64,000 bases of DNA from Escherichia coli (lineage in GTDB: Bacteria > Pseudomonadota > Gammaproteobacteria > Enterobacterales > Enterobacteriaceae). The stretch lies in assembly GCF_965641715.1 (NCBI RefSeq), contig NZ_OZ282453.1; one strand, 5' to 3'. The position numbers and the translations under genes were made by a program. Each line of letters opens with the position of its first letter. Positions within the stretch are counted from its first letter, which is position 1. The notes beneath the pieces were generated by a model. It worked only from the letters and a program-made list of their open reading frames with translations, was not told the origin of the DNA and did no database searches. Below are positions 46,740-57,799 of this stretch, piece after piece.

Positions 46740-47372
46740 ATGAAACGTTTAATTATGGCTACGATGGTCACAGCTATTCTGGCATCTTCAACTGTATGGG
46801 CTGCTGATAATGCACCGGTAGCGGCACAACAGCAAACTCAGCAAGTTCAGCAAACCCAGAAAACGGCAGCAGCAGAGCGTATCTCTGAACAAGGTTTATA
46901 TGCGATGCGTGACGTGCAGGTAGCGCGCCTGGCTCTGTTTCATGGCGATCCGGAAAAGGCAAAAGAACTGACCAATGAAGCTTCCGCTTTGTTGTCAGAT
47001 GACAGTACCGAATGGGCAAAGTTCGCTAAGCCAGGTAAAAAGACCAATCTCAATGATGACCAATATATTGTCATTAATGCATCTGTCGGAATTTCTGAGA
47101 GTTATGTAGCAACACCCGAAAAAGAAGCCGCGATAAAAATTGCCAATGAAAAAATGGCGAAAGGGGATAAAAAGGGCGCAATGGAAGAGCTTCGCCTGGC
47201 CGGTGTTGGTGTAATGGAAAACCAATATCTGATGCCGCTTAAACAGACTCGTAATGCACTTGCTGATGCGCAGAAACTGCTTGATAAAAAGCAATACTAC
47301 GAGGCAAACCTGGCGCTTAAAGGTGCGGAAGATGGAATCATCGTCGATAGCGAAGCACTGTTTGTGAACTAA
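46740..47372 (+). CDS. yfdX: Periplasmic YfdX-family protein
   Basis: 210-aa ORF with signal peptide [21 protein letters not shown]. Confidence 0.85.
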   Translation: MKRLIMATMVTAILASSTVWAADNAPVAAQQQTQQVQQTQKTAAAERISEQGLYAMRDVQVARLALFHGDPEKAKELTNEASALLSDDSTEWAKFAKPGKKTNLNDDQYIVINASVGISESYVATPEKEAAIKIANEKMAKGDKKGAMEELRLAGVGVMENQYLMPLKQTRNALADAQKLLDKKQYYEANLALKGAEDGIIVDSEALFVN

Positions 47373-47884
47373 TGCTGACAGGCAGTATATTGAGGTAAAG
47401 GATTTAACTCCCTCCAGCCGACAATTTTTTATGACCACAATACGACAGGTTGTGGTCATAAAATTATTTGGCGCTCGCGGTTCTATAAACTCGCATTTTA
47501 TATTCCTCAAAGTAAACCGCAATAATCCCGTGTCATCACAAATCATTTATTATGTTATGTTTTATGGTACGCTTTAAAAAGCGTAATCATACCCTTGCTT
47601 GTAAATCACCGGCGCTTCTTACAGTTGTAAGAATAACATCACAAATGTCGCGGCTCTCTCTGATTACCGCGAGCCAATATTTATCATATTCTTCTTTTCG
47701 TCCTCACTACTTACCATGCGGAAAGGAATTGGAAGTGGCGATGAAATGATTTTCAGCACTTGATACGGGAATTTAAAAATATCGAGTGCCGCTACGACGA
47801 TATTTTGCGGATTATTTATAGAGGGCGTTATGCCTTAAATAAACGCTAAATTAACACATATTTAATTAACTAATAGGTATTGCT

Positions 47885-49135
47885 ATGTCAACTCCACTTC
47901 AAGGAATTAAAGTTCTCGATTTCACCGGTGTGCAATCTGGCCCATCTTGTACTCAAATGCTGGCCTGGTTTGGCGCTGACGTCATTAAAATTGAACGCCC
48001 CGGCGTTGGTGACGTAACGCGTCACCAGCTGCGAGATATTCCTGATATCGATGCGCTTTACTTCACCATGCTTAACAGTAACAAACGTTCTATTGAGTTA
48101 AATACCAAAACAGCGGAAGGCAAAGAGGTAATGGAAAAGCTGATCCGCGAAGCTGATATCTTAGTCGAGAACTTTCATCCAGGGGCCATTGATCACATGG
48201 GTTTCACCTGGGAGCATATTCAAGAAATCAATCCACGTCTGATTTTTGGTTCGATCAAAGGGTTTGATGAGTGTTCGCCTTATGTGAATGTAAAAGCCTA
48301 TGAAAACGTTGCTCAGGCAGCGGGTGGCGCGGCATCCACTACGGGTTTTTGGGACGGTCCGCCGCTGGTAAGCGCTGCAGCGTTAGGAGACAGCAACACC
48401 GGAATGCATTTGCTGATCGGTTTACTTGCTGCTTTGCTGCATCGCGAAAAAACGGGGCGTGGGCAACGAGTCACCATGTCAATGCAGGATGCCGTATTGA
48501 ACCTTTGCCGCGTGAAATTACGCGACCAGCAGCGTCTCGATAAATTGGGTTATCTGGAAGAATACCCGCAGTATCCGAATGGCACATTTGGTGATGCAGT
48601 TCCCCGCGGAGGTAATGCGGGTGGTGGCGGTCAGCCTGGCTGGATCCTGAAATGTAAAGGTTGGGAAACCGATCCTAACGCCTATATTTATTTCACTATT
48701 CAGGAGCAAAACTGGGAAAACACCTGTAAAGCCATCGGCAAACCAGATTGGATTACCGATCCGGCATACAGTACAGCCCATGCCCGACAGCCACATATTT
48801 TCGATATTTTTGCTGAAATCGAAAAATACACTGTCACTATTGATAAACATGAAGCGGTGGCCTATTTGACTCAATTTGATATTCCTTGTGCACCGGTTTT
48901 AAGTATGAAAGAAATTTCACTTGATCCCTCTTTGCGCCAAAGTGGCAGTGTTGTCGAAGTGGAACAACCGTTGCGTGGAAAATATCTGACAGTTGGTTGT
49001 CCAATGAAATTCTCTGCCTTTACGCCAGATATTAAAGCTGCGCCGCTATTAGGTGAACATACCGCTGCTGTATTGCAGGAGCTGGGTTATAGCGACGATG
49101 AAATTGCTGCAATGAAGCAAAACCACGCCATCTGA
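47885..49135 (+). CDS. frc: Formyl-CoA:oxalate CoA-transferase
   Basis: 416-aa class III CoA-transferase [46 protein letters not shown]... Confidence 0.95.
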   Translation: MSTPLQGIKVLDFTGVQSGPSCTQMLAWFGADVIKIERPGVGDVTRHQLRDIPDIDALYFTMLNSNKRSIELNTKTAEGKEVMEKLIREADILVENFHPGAIDHMGFTWEHIQEINPRLIFGSIKGFDECSPYVNVKAYENVAQAAGGAASTTGFWDGPPLVSAAALGDSNTGMHLLIGLLAALLHREKTGRGQRVTMSMQDAVLNLCRVKLRDQQRLDKLGYLEEYPQYPNGTFGDAVPRGGNAGGGGQPGWILKCKGWETDPNAYIYFTIQEQNWENTCKAIGKPDWITDPAYSTAHARQPHIFDIFAEIEKYTVTIDKHEAVAYLTQFDIPCAPVLSMKEISLDPSLRQSGSVVEVEQPLRGKYLTVGCPMKFSAFTPDIKAAPLLGEHTAAVLQELGYSDDEIAAMKQNHAI

Positions 49136-49188
49136 TATTAACGGGGGCTTCTGGCTCCCAATTTATAAAAATTTCGAGGTTATTAATC

Positions 49189-50883
49189 ATGTCAGATCAA
49201 CTTCAAATGACAGATGGTATGCATATCATCGTTGAAGCATTAAAACAGAATAATATTGACACTATTTATGGTGTTGTAGGTATTCCTGTGACGGATATGG
49301 CGCGCCATGCCCAGGCGGAAGGCATTCGTTATATTGGTTTTCGTCATGAGCAGTCGGCAGGCTATGCCGCTGCGGCAAGCGGTTTTCTTACCCAAAAACC
49401 GGGGATCTGCCTGACAGTTTCTGCGCCAGGATTCCTCAATGGTTTGACCGCATTGGCCAACGCAACGGTAAATGGTTTTCCGATGATCATGATTAGCGGC
49501 TCCAGCGACCGCGCGATCGTCGACCTACAGCAAGGTGATTATGAAGAGCTGGACCAAATGAATGCGGCAAAACCGTATGCCAAAGCAGCATTTCGCGTTA
49601 ATCAGCCGCAGGATCTTGGCATTGCATTGGCACGCGCTATCCGGGTCTCCGTATCGGGTCGCCCTGGCGGAGTTTATCTTGATTTGCCAGCAAATGTCCT
49701 GGCCGCGACGATGGAAAAAGACGAAGCGTTAACCACGATTGTAAAAGTTGAAAATCCGTCGCCAGCATTATTGCCATGCCCGAAGTCAGTCACTAGCGCA
49801 ATTTCGCTTTTAGCAAAAGCTGAACGGCCATTAATTATCCTTGGCAAAGGCGCGGCGTATTCACAAGCTGATGAACAGCTTCGTGAATTTATTGAAAGTG
49901 CCCAGTTTCCATTCCTGCCAATGTCTATGGCGAAAGGGATCCTCGAAGATACGCATCCACTTTCTGCGGCAGCTGCGCGTTCGTTTGCCCTGGCAAATGC
50001 TGACGTTGTCATGCTTGTTGGTGCACGACTGAATTGGTTACTGGCACACGGTAAAAAAGGATGGGCGGCAGATACACAGTTTATTCAACTGGATATTGAA
50101 CCGCAGGAAATTGACAGCAACCGCCCCATTGCTGTGCCAGTCGTTGGCGATATTGCATCCAGTATGCAAGGTATGCTGGCAGAACTGAAACAAAACACAT
50201 TTACGACTCCACTGGTATGGCGCGATATTTTAAATATCCACAAGCAGCAAAATGCACAAAAAATGCATGAAAAATTGAGTACAGATACCCAACCATTAAA
50301 TTACTTTAATGCATTAAGTGCTGTGCGCGATGTATTACGCGAGAACCAGGATATTTATTTAGTAAATGAAGGGGCAAATACCCTGGATAATGCACGAAAT
50401 ATTATTGATATGTATAAACCACGTCGTCGTCTGGATTGTGGTACCTGGGGTGTCATGGGCATCGGTATGGGCTATGCCATCGGTGCTAGCGTGACCTCTG
50501 GTTCTCCGGTTGTCGCCATTGAAGGTGATAGTGCTTTTGGTTTCAGTGGGATGGAGATTGAAACGATTTGTCGATATAACCTGCCGGTGACGATCGTTAT
50601 TTTTAATAATGGCGGCATCTACAGAGGAGACGGTGTTGATCTCAGTGGCGCTGGTGCACCATCACCAACAGATCTGTTGCACCATGCAAGGTATGACAAA
50701 TTAATGGATGCGTTTCGTGGCGTTGGCTATAACGTCACCACGACAGATGAACTTCGTCATGCTTTAACCACCGGTATTCAGTCGCGCAAACCGACCATTA
50801 TTAATGTGGTCATCGACCCTGCAGCAGGAACTGAAAGTGGCCATATTACCAAACTTAACCCAAAACAAGTCGCTGGTAATTAA
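49189..50883 (+). CDS. oxc: Oxalyl-CoA decarboxylase (ThDP-dependent)
   Basis: 564-aa ORF with ThDP-binding motif GDSAFGFSGMEIETICRYNLPVTIVIFNNGG. Confidence 0.95.
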   Translation: MSDQLQMTDGMHIIVEALKQNNIDTIYGVVGIPVTDMARHAQAEGIRYIGFRHEQSAGYAAAASGFLTQKPGICLTVSAPGFLNGLTALANATVNGFPMIMISGSSDRAIVDLQQGDYEELDQMNAAKPYAKAAFRVNQPQDLGIALARAIRVSVSGRPGGVYLDLPANVLAATMEKDEALTTIVKVENPSPALLPCPKSVTSAISLLAKAERPLIILGKGAAYSQADEQLREFIESAQFPFLPMSMAKGILEDTHPLSAAAARSFALANADVVMLVGARLNWLLAHGKKGWAADTQFIQLDIEPQEIDSNRPIAVPVVGDIASSMQGMLAELKQNTFTTPLVWRDILNIHKQQNAQKMHEKLSTDTQPLNYFNALSAVRDVLRENQDIYLVNEGANTLDNARNIIDMYKPRRRLDCGTWGVMGIGMGYAIGASVTSGSPVVAIEGDSAFGFSGMEIETICRYNLPVTIVIFNNGGIYRGDGVDLSGAGAPSPTDLLHHARYDKLMDAFRGVGYNVTTTDELRHALTTGIQSRKPTIINVVIDPAAGTESGHITKLNPKQVAGN

Positions 50884-50952
50884 ATACTGACATCGTCTCC
50901 TCTTGCCAACTCATTATGCGATGGTGAGGGGACCCTTATCGGAAATACTATT

Positions 50953-51897
50953 ATGCTAACATTTTTTATTGGCGATTTATTGCCTATTATCGTAATCATG
51001 CTGTTGGGTTATTTTAGCGGCAGACGAGAAACTTTTTCAGAAGATCAAGCCCGGGCATTTAATAAACTGGTTTTAAACTACGCGCTTCCTGCAGCCCTAT
51101 TTGTTTCTATTACCCGGGCAAACAGGGAAATGATTTTTGCGGACACTCGTCTGACCCTTGTATCACTCGTGGTTATTGTCGGATGTTTCTTTTTCTCCTG
51201 GTTTGGTTGCTACAAATTTTTTAAACGTACCCATGCAGAAGCAGCTGTATGTGCATTAATTGCAGGTTCACCTACCATTGGATTCCTGGGGTTTGCAGTT
51301 CTCGATCCTATTTATGGTGATTCCGTATCAACAGGTTTAGTGGTAGCAATTATTTCTATTATTGTTAACGCAATTACTATTCCTATTGGTCTGTATTTGC
51401 TGAATCCTTCCTCAGGAGCGGATGGTAAGAAGAATAGTAATCTGAGCGCATTAATTTCTGCGGCAAAGGAGCCTGTAGTATGGGCACCTGTTCTGGCAAC
51501 GATCCTGGTGCTGGTTGGGGTAAAAATCCCGGCAGCATGGGACCCAACCTTTAATCTGATTGCGAAGGCTAACTCAGGGGTAGCGGTATTCGCTGCGGGG
51601 TTGACTCTGGCTGCACATAAATTCGAGTTCAGTGCCGAAATTGCTTATAACACCTTCCTGAAACTGATTCTGATGCCACTGGCGCTGCTTCTTGTTGGTA
51701 TGGCATGTCATTTGAACAGCGAACATCTGCAGATGATGGTACTGGCAGGCGCATTACCGCCGGCATTCTCCGGAATCATTATTGCCAGCCGGTTTAATGT
51801 CTACACCCGCACTGGTACAGCGTCATTGGCTGTGAGCGTACTGGGTTTTGTCGTCACGGCTCCCTTGTGGATTTATGTCAGTCGACTGGTTTCATAA
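50953..51897 (+). CDS. yfdV: AEC (auxin efflux carrier) family transporter
   Basis: 314-aa multi-TM ORF downstream of oxc. Confidence 0.85.
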
Positions 51898-51970
51898 TTA
51901 ATCATGTTATTGATTTTACATAAATGCCGAAGTGTCTTTTCACCTTCGGCTTTTTTCAAGGCATAAGCAA

Positions 51971-53116
51971 ATGACAAATAATGAAAGCAAAGGGCCGTTT
52001 GAAGGCTTATTAGTTATCGATATGACACATGTCCTTAATGGACCTTTCGGAACTCAACTTCTTTGTAATATGGGCGCAAGGGTAATTAAAGTTGAGCCGC
52101 CGGGTCATGGTGATGATACCCGCACATTTGGTCCCTATGTGGATGGACAGTCACTCTATTACAGTTTTATTAATCATGGTAAAGAGAGTGTGGTTCTTGA
52201 TTTAAAGAATGATCACGATAAAAGTATATTTATAAATATGCTTAAACAAGCTGATGTATTAGCTGAGAATTTTCGCCCAGGTACAATGGAAAAACTGGGG
52301 TTTTCATGGGAAAGGTTACAAGAAATCAACCCGCGCCTCATATATGCTTCATCGTCAGGTTTCGGACATACCGGTCCGCTAAAAGATGCTCCTGCCTACG
52401 ATACCATCATTCAGGCAATGAGCGGGATAATGATGGAAACGGGATACCCTGATGCTCCGCCAGTGCGCGTTGGTACTTCTCTTGCGGATCTATGCGGCGG
52501 TGTCTATTTATTCAGCGGAATAGTGAGTGCACTTTATGGCCGCGAAAAGAGCCAGAGAGGGGCGCATGTCGATATAGCGATGTTTGATGCCACTCTGAGT
52601 TTTCTGGAGCACGGGCTGATGGCATATATCGCGACTGGGAAGTCACCACAACGTTTGGGAAATCGCCACCCCTACATGGCACCTTTTGATGTTTTCGATA
52701 CTCAGGATAAGCCGATTACGATTTGTTGTGGTAATGACAAGCTTTTTTCTGCGTTATGCCAGGCACTGGAGCTTACGGAACTGGTTAATGATCCCCGATT
52801 TAGCAGCAATATTTTACGCGTAAAAAACCAGGCTATTCTTAAACAATATATTGAGCGGACGTTAAAAACGCAGGCAGCTGAAGTTTGGTTAGCCAGAATA
52901 CATGAAGTTGGTGTACCCGTCGCGCCGTTATTAAGTGTGGCTGAGGCCATTAATTTGCCACAAACTCAGGCGAGAAATATGTTGATTGAAGCCGGGGGAA
53001 TAATGATGCCGGGTAATCCGATAAAAATCAGTGGCTGCGCGGACCCGCATGTTATGCCGGGAGCGGCAACGCTCGACCAGCATGGGGAGCAAATTCGCCA
53101 GGAGTTCTCATCATAA
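51971..53116 (+). CDS. yfdE: Acetyl-CoA:oxalate CoA-transferase (class III CoA-transferase), 381 aa
   Basis: ATG at 51971 gives MTNNESKGPFEGLLVIDMTHVLNGPFGTQLL..., paralogous to frc; track ORF extends 13 codons upstream. Confidence 0.88.
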   Translation: MTNNESKGPFEGLLVIDMTHVLNGPFGTQLLCNMGARVIKVEPPGHGDDTRTFGPYVDGQSLYYSFINHGKESVVLDLKNDHDKSIFINMLKQADVLAENFRPGTMEKLGFSWERLQEINPRLIYASSSGFGHTGPLKDAPAYDTIIQAMSGIMMETGYPDAPPVRVGTSLADLCGGVYLFSGIVSALYGREKSQRGAHVDIAMFDATLSFLEHGLMAYIATGKSPQRLGNRHPYMAPFDVFDTQDKPITICCGNDKLFSALCQALELTELVNDPRFSSNILRVKNQAILKQYIERTLKTQAAEVWLARIHEVGVPVAPLLSVAEAINLPQTQARNMLIEAGGIMMPGNPIKISGCADPHVMPGAATLDQHGEQIRQEFSS

Positions 53117-53171
53117 ATGTAAGATGTGCTGGTAAATAGCTCCCACATTTGAACATTGTGGGAGCCGCTAT

Positions 53172-56100
53172 TTAGTCATTTTGCTGACAGAAAACAGCAA
53201 TCTCCTGGTCCAGCTCTGCAATGTGTTCTTTTACAGAGTTCAGCAGCTGAAGAATTTCAGGCTTACTGTCATCTGAAACAGGTGTTATTTCTAACTGATG
53301 GCTAATATTAATCAACTTTTGCAAATTCAGGATGTTAGCCGCACCGTGGATGCGATGAATACACTGATGGAAAGTTCTGTTATCGCCAGCTTGCAGCGCA
53401 TGAAATGCAGCGGGTAGATCTTTATGCGTTTCATGCTGGAAAGTCATGAGAATCTCCTGCATCAGTTGTAGATCGTTCGCCGTATTATTTTTCAGGGCCT
53501 CGATATCAAGGTGGCGATACTGAGGTACAATATGTGCAACCTGGTGTAACTGACTTAAATGTGTTTTCAGTACATCCAGGGTCAACGGTTTGAACAAACA
53601 TAAGTTCATGCCGCAATTTAACCCTTTTTCACGTTCGTTAGCCTGTGCGTTGGCTGTAAGCCCCCAGATGGGTAAGGAAGAATTTTGCTCACGGAGTTTG
53701 CGAGTCAACTCAAAACCATCCATATTCGGCATATTAACGTCAGTAACAAGCAGATCATAATGTTGCATACTGACTTTGTGTAGCGCTTGCACACCATCGG
53801 TGGCTTCATCAACATCATATCCTAATAGATTTAGCTGGCGTTTGAGTAATAGCCTGTTGGTCGGATGATCATCCGCGATTAATATGCTCAACTTTTCAGG
53901 TAGTGTGATAGGTTGTTCTGCTTTTGCCTCGACAGCCGCCACTTGTTGGGTAATTTCTACCGGGATTGTGATCGTAAATGTTGTTCCTATGCCTGGATGA
54001 CTTTCTAATGACAAATCACCCTGCATGTTTTTAATTAATTCTTTGCAGATCATTAAGCCTAAACCAGAACCTGTTTGCTGACGACCTGCACTTGTTTGGC
54101 TATAACGTTTAAACAGTTGTTGTTGTTCTTCCTGTGATAATCCACTTCCAGAATCCATAATCGTCATTTTGATTACAGCGTGGTTGTCATCAATGTGAAC
54201 CAGGGAGGTCGTAATTTTTACTGCCCCCTCGGTGGTAAATTTGAGAGCATTACTCAGTAAATTTGATAAGACCTGCTTAAACGCCTGAGGGTCGATCTTA
54301 ACCAGGTAATGTTCAGGAAACGTACTGCTGCAACTTAATGCGATCGATTTGCTTGCAGCAATCGCACCGAAAGAGTGACAAGTGTTCTGGACTAAAGTAG
54401 GAATATCGACCCATTGTGGTTGAAGTTGATAGTTACCCGATTCAATTTTGTCGACATCAAGGATTTCACCAATTAAGCCGAGGAGTGATTGTCCGGTGGC
54501 GTAGGCAAGTGAAATCGCCTCCACCCGTTGTTCCTTGCTAAGACCAGAACCCGACAGAAGTTCCAGGAAGCCCATAATGGAGCTTATTGGTGTTCTTATT
54601 TCGTGACTCATTGTTGCCAGAAACTGACTTTTTGCGACAGTTGCATTGATCGCTTTATTTCTCTCTACTTCGAGTGCATGAATTAAATCACGCGTCTCGG
54701 TAATATCTTGCCAACCACAAATATAAACAGCATGTTCGCTGGCTGGCAGATTACATAATGTATGCCAGTGATTAATGCATCTTTTCTCGATGCCATTATC
54801 AATTTCAAATACCTGTGTGTATATTGTTCGATTTTCTTTCGTCTCTGCTGTGACTTCATGCGTATTAGAAAAAACATCTTTAAAGGGTGATTCACTGTTT
54901 TCTAATGGCAACATTGCATTTTTGTAGTAATCAGCAGTGAAATAATGTTCAAATGCACTATTGTGACTAATGACATTACCTTGCCAGTTTACAACATAAG
55001 TTGGATTCGGTAAGGAGTCCGAGAGCGCTTTCCGGAATGATATTTGGTTTTCTAAATCACCCTGAATGACTTTACGACGACGAACTGAGCGTAACAGGTA
55101 GAATCCCCATAAAAGGCTACTGCCAACTAATAAAACGGATAATGTCGTAACAATATAAAATTGCTCGCTATAGAGGTCCCATGTGTCAATGGTCACATTG
55201 GGCATTTTAATCCATTTTTCGGTCAGGCGCAGAACTTCGCTTGGGGGGATTGCATTCAGTGCTTTATTAATAATATCCTTAAGTTCCGGTTCTCCGCGAG
55301 GAAAAGCGAACGAAAGCGATGCATTCGGAACGCCGGGAATAAGAAAATGATAAAGTTCATTAGGATAGTAATGGTCGATCATGTAACGTGAATTTAGCTG
55401 TGTCGCGACCAGAGCATCAAGTTCACCTTCCTTGACCTTGTGAAATGCAGCGCTGGCGTTATCGACTTTTATCCACTCTACCTCCGGATACATCTCTTTT
55501 AATTGCGAATGCAGCTCATAATAATATGGAATGGCAACTTTCATTCCTTTTTTTAATGTTTGTTCACTGTCAGGCGCTTTTTGCATGACAAAAACGTAAG
55601 GCGTTGTTATGAAGGCTTCAGCAAATAAAACATTATTTTCTCTATCTTCACTATAAATAGCACCGGGTAATATATCCCATCCGCCGGGATTCAGCTGTGT
55701 TCCAGCATGGATATTGTGTGAAACGGTGATCGGAGAAAAATTTAAACCTGTTTGCAAGGTAATAATATTAAGAATGTCCCCCATAACGCCCCGAACCGAG
55801 CCATTTTCATCCGTCATAGAATAGGGGGGCGAGTAAGGATTTTCCAGCACCTTTAAATCGGGATGCTGCTTAATCCATTGTTTTTCATGTTCAGTGAGTT
55901 CTAATGGTTTGTTCAGAAAGGCCAGGTTTCCTGTATCAAGCCAATTTTGTGATACTTCATAGCGAACTTCATTTGTCAAAGCATCAACAAATCGATTGAG
56001 TACTTCATTAAGAACGACAGATTCTTTTCTGGTCAAGAAAAAATTATATTGACGCGGTGAGTTATAATATTTCACTACATTTAAGGAGTGAGTGAAATAG

Positions 56101-56765
56101 CGGGAAATCATACTGCTGGTAATGATGTTACTACCAATAAAGTAATCATTCTGTCCGGCAGAGACGGATGCTAATGCCTGATATAAATTTGTAAAAGAGA
56201 TAATTGTTGCTTTTGGAAATGATTGATGAATTACCTCGTCAGGGGGATAATTTGCTACTCGAGCAATATTTACTGGTTTTGATGAGGTAAGCGGTCGCAT
56301 TGAATCGTGAAGGGTGGTGACCAGCGCCGGAAAGGTAATTATCAGTGGTTTGGTTGCAGCAATGTCATCATTAAGAGGCGGCGAAGCAACTAAATGTGAT
56401 AACACTATATCGACTTCACCTTCTTCCAGCGCGTCCATTGCTTTTTGATGATCGGCGTATTCCCGGAGTGTTAATTTGATATTTAACGCTCTTTTTAAAA
56501 GATTTAAATAATCAGCATTAATACCACGAACCCGTTGCTGCGAATCGGTATGCAACAACGTAGCCGTTTGGGACTTATGTACTGCAATCACAAGATTTTT
56601 TTTGCTCGCTAACCAACGTAATTCCTTGTTGCTCAGACGTAGTGGATCAAGTGTGACACGGTTGTTACTACTGATGCCACGATATTCGATGTAATCTTCG
56701 TCTGCGAAACTTATGGTCGACCAAAGACCACAACAGAGAAGAAAAATATAGGGTAAAAACTTCAT
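53172..56765 (-). CDS. evgS: Hybrid sensor histidine kinase EvgS
   Basis: 1197-aa ORF: signal peptide, two periplasmic binding-protein-like domains, TM, HisKA (H-box SHEIRTP), HATPase, receiver and HPt domains. Confidence 0.96.
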   Translation of the reverse strand: MKFLPYIFLLCCGLWSTISFADEDYIEYRGISSNNRVTLDPLRLSNKELRWLASKKNLVIAVHKSQTATLLHTDSQQRVRGINADYLNLLKRALNIKLTLREYADHQKAMDALEEGEVDIVLSHLVASPPLNDDIAATKPLIITFPALVTTLHDSMRPLTSSKPVNIARVANYPPDEVIHQSFPKATIISFTNLYQALASVSAGQNDYFIGSNIITSSMISRYFTHSLNVVKYYNSPRQYNFFLTRKESVVLNEVLNRFVDALTNEVRYEVSQNWLDTGNLAFLNKPLELTEHEKQWIKQHPDLKVLENPYSPPYSMTDENGSVRGVMGDILNIITLQTGLNFSPITVSHNIHAGTQLNPGGWDILPGAIYSEDRENNVLFAEAFITTPYVFVMQKAPDSEQTLKKGMKVAIPYYYELHSQLKEMYPEVEWIKVDNASAAFHKVKEGELDALVATQLNSRYMIDHYYPNELYHFLIPGVPNASLSFAFPRGEPELKDIINKALNAIPPSEVLRLTEKWIKMPNVTIDTWDLYSEQFYIVTTLSVLLVGSSLLWGFYLLRSVRRRKVIQGDLENQISFRKALSDSLPNPTYVVNWQGNVISHNSAFEHYFTADYYKNAMLPLENSESPFKDVFSNTHEVTAETKENRTIYTQVFEIDNGIEKRCINHWHTLCNLPASEHAVYICGWQDITETRDLIHALEVERNKAINATVAKSQFLATMSHEIRTPISSIMGFLELLSGSGLSKEQRVEAISLAYATGQSLLGLIGEILDVDKIESGNYQLQPQWVDIPTLVQNTCHSFGAIAASKSIALSCSSTFPEHYLVKIDPQAFKQVLSNLLSNALKFTTEGAVKITTSLVHIDDNHAVIKMTIMDSGSGLSQEEQQQLFKRYSQTSAGRQQTGSGLGLMICKELIKNMQGDLSLESHPGIGTTFTITIPVEITQQVAAVEAKAEQPITLPEKLSILIADDHPTNRLLLKRQLNLLGYDVDEATDGVQALHKVSMQHYDLLVTDVNMPNMDGFELTRKLREQNSSLPIWGLTANAQANEREKGLNCGMNLCLFKPLTLDVLKTHLSQLHQVAHIVPQYRHLDIEALKNNTANDLQLMQEILMTFQHETHKDLPAAFHALQAGDNRTFHQCIHRIHGAANILNLQKLINISHQLEITPVSDDSKPEILQLLNSVKEHIAELDQEIAVFCQQND

Positions 56766-56769
56766 GTGG

Positions 56770-57384
56770 TTAGCCGATTTTGTTACGTTGTGCGAATGTG
56801 TAAAGATCCATCAGTGATTTACATTCTAATTTTTCCATCAGGCGACTTTTATAAGTGCTGACAGTTTTGTTGCTGATGAACATTTTTTCAGCAATGTCAT
56901 TATTATCCTTGCCATCAAGAATATACCGCATGACACTAATTTCTTGTTTCGATAAGGAGTCGAGTTTTTGCTGGTCGGACGTTAAACTTCCAACAAACCG
57001 GTTGAGAGAGAAGGGGAAATAGCAGTAGCCATTTTTTGCAGCTTCAATAGCCGCAATGATATTGTTCATGCCTTCTTTTTTACTCACGAAACCATTAGCG
57101 CCAGCATCAGCACAATGTTTCCCGTAAAAATGGTCATTTTTAGCGGAGACGATAATAATAATTCCGCTATATTGGCGCTTCCTCAGCGTTTCTAACACCT
57201 GGATACCGTTAACTCCGGGGATATCGACATCAATGATGACGATATCAGGCTTAAGTGTTTCCACCCGCTGAACGGCACTTCCGCCTTCAGTCAACTCTGC
57301 TAAGATTTCAATATCGTTTTTGATCAATAAATTACGAATTGCTGCGATAGCAAGAGGATGGTCATCAATAATTATTGCGTTCAT
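56770..57384 (-). CDS. evgA: Response regulator EvgA (NarL/FixJ family)
   Basis: 204-aa ORF MNAIIIDDHPLAIAAIRNLL... with receiver and LuxR-type HTH. Confidence 0.96.
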   Translation of the reverse strand: MNAIIIDDHPLAIAAIRNLLIKNDIEILAELTEGGSAVQRVETLKPDIVIIDVDIPGVNGIQVLETLRKRQYSGIIIIVSAKNDHFYGKHCADAGANGFVSKKEGMNNIIAAIEAAKNGYCYFPFSLNRFVGSLTSDQQKLDSLSKQEISVMRYILDGKDNNDIAEKMFISNKTVSTYKSRLMEKLECKSLMDLYTFAQRNKIG

Positions 57385-57609
57385 AGATTATTCCCTTTGC
57401 AATGAAGCATCTCCCTTCTCCCTGTAGTAATACAGACATAAGGCATCATCTCATTTTCTCAATAAAAATAAGAAAATTTGAGCTTCCTTTAAGATAATTC
57501 GACAAGTATACCATATAAATAGTCGGCATATATGAAATGTCAACAATAAAATCAGGGATTGTACCGATGATTTATAGTTTCACATTAGCACTATAAGTCT
57601 TCTCACTAA

Positions 57610-57626
57610 TCCTACAGGCGTAAGAA
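57610..57626. promoter_or_regulatory. Candidate EvgA-binding inverted repeat in the evgA-emrK divergent region
   Basis: tcctacaggcgtaagaa; on the other strand TTCTTACGCCTGTAGGA resembles the TTCPyTACA / TGTAPuGAA half-site pattern. Confidence 0.35.
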
Positions 57627-57799
57627 TTGTATTGCAAAAGCCACGGTTTAGTCCTCTGTTGTTTTTTTTTCACCTCATTTAAATTAGGCCTCCAACGTTC
57701 CTGGGATAATGTGCAACACATGCACTGTGTTTGATATGAAGAATGAATACTCTTTTCATTCAATTCATAAATTTCATCTATGCGAAATGAGAGATAAAA

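Noticed and set aside
47552-47749. 65-aa ORF in the yfdX-frc intergenic region
   Set aside because: AT-rich intergenic DNA with no convincing RBS; more likely promoter or regulatory sequence for frc.
53139-53165. Inverted repeat gctcccaca...tgtgggagc between yfdE and evgS, considered as a terminator
   Set aside because: A 9-bp stem is present but without a clear U-tract on either strand; too weak to call.
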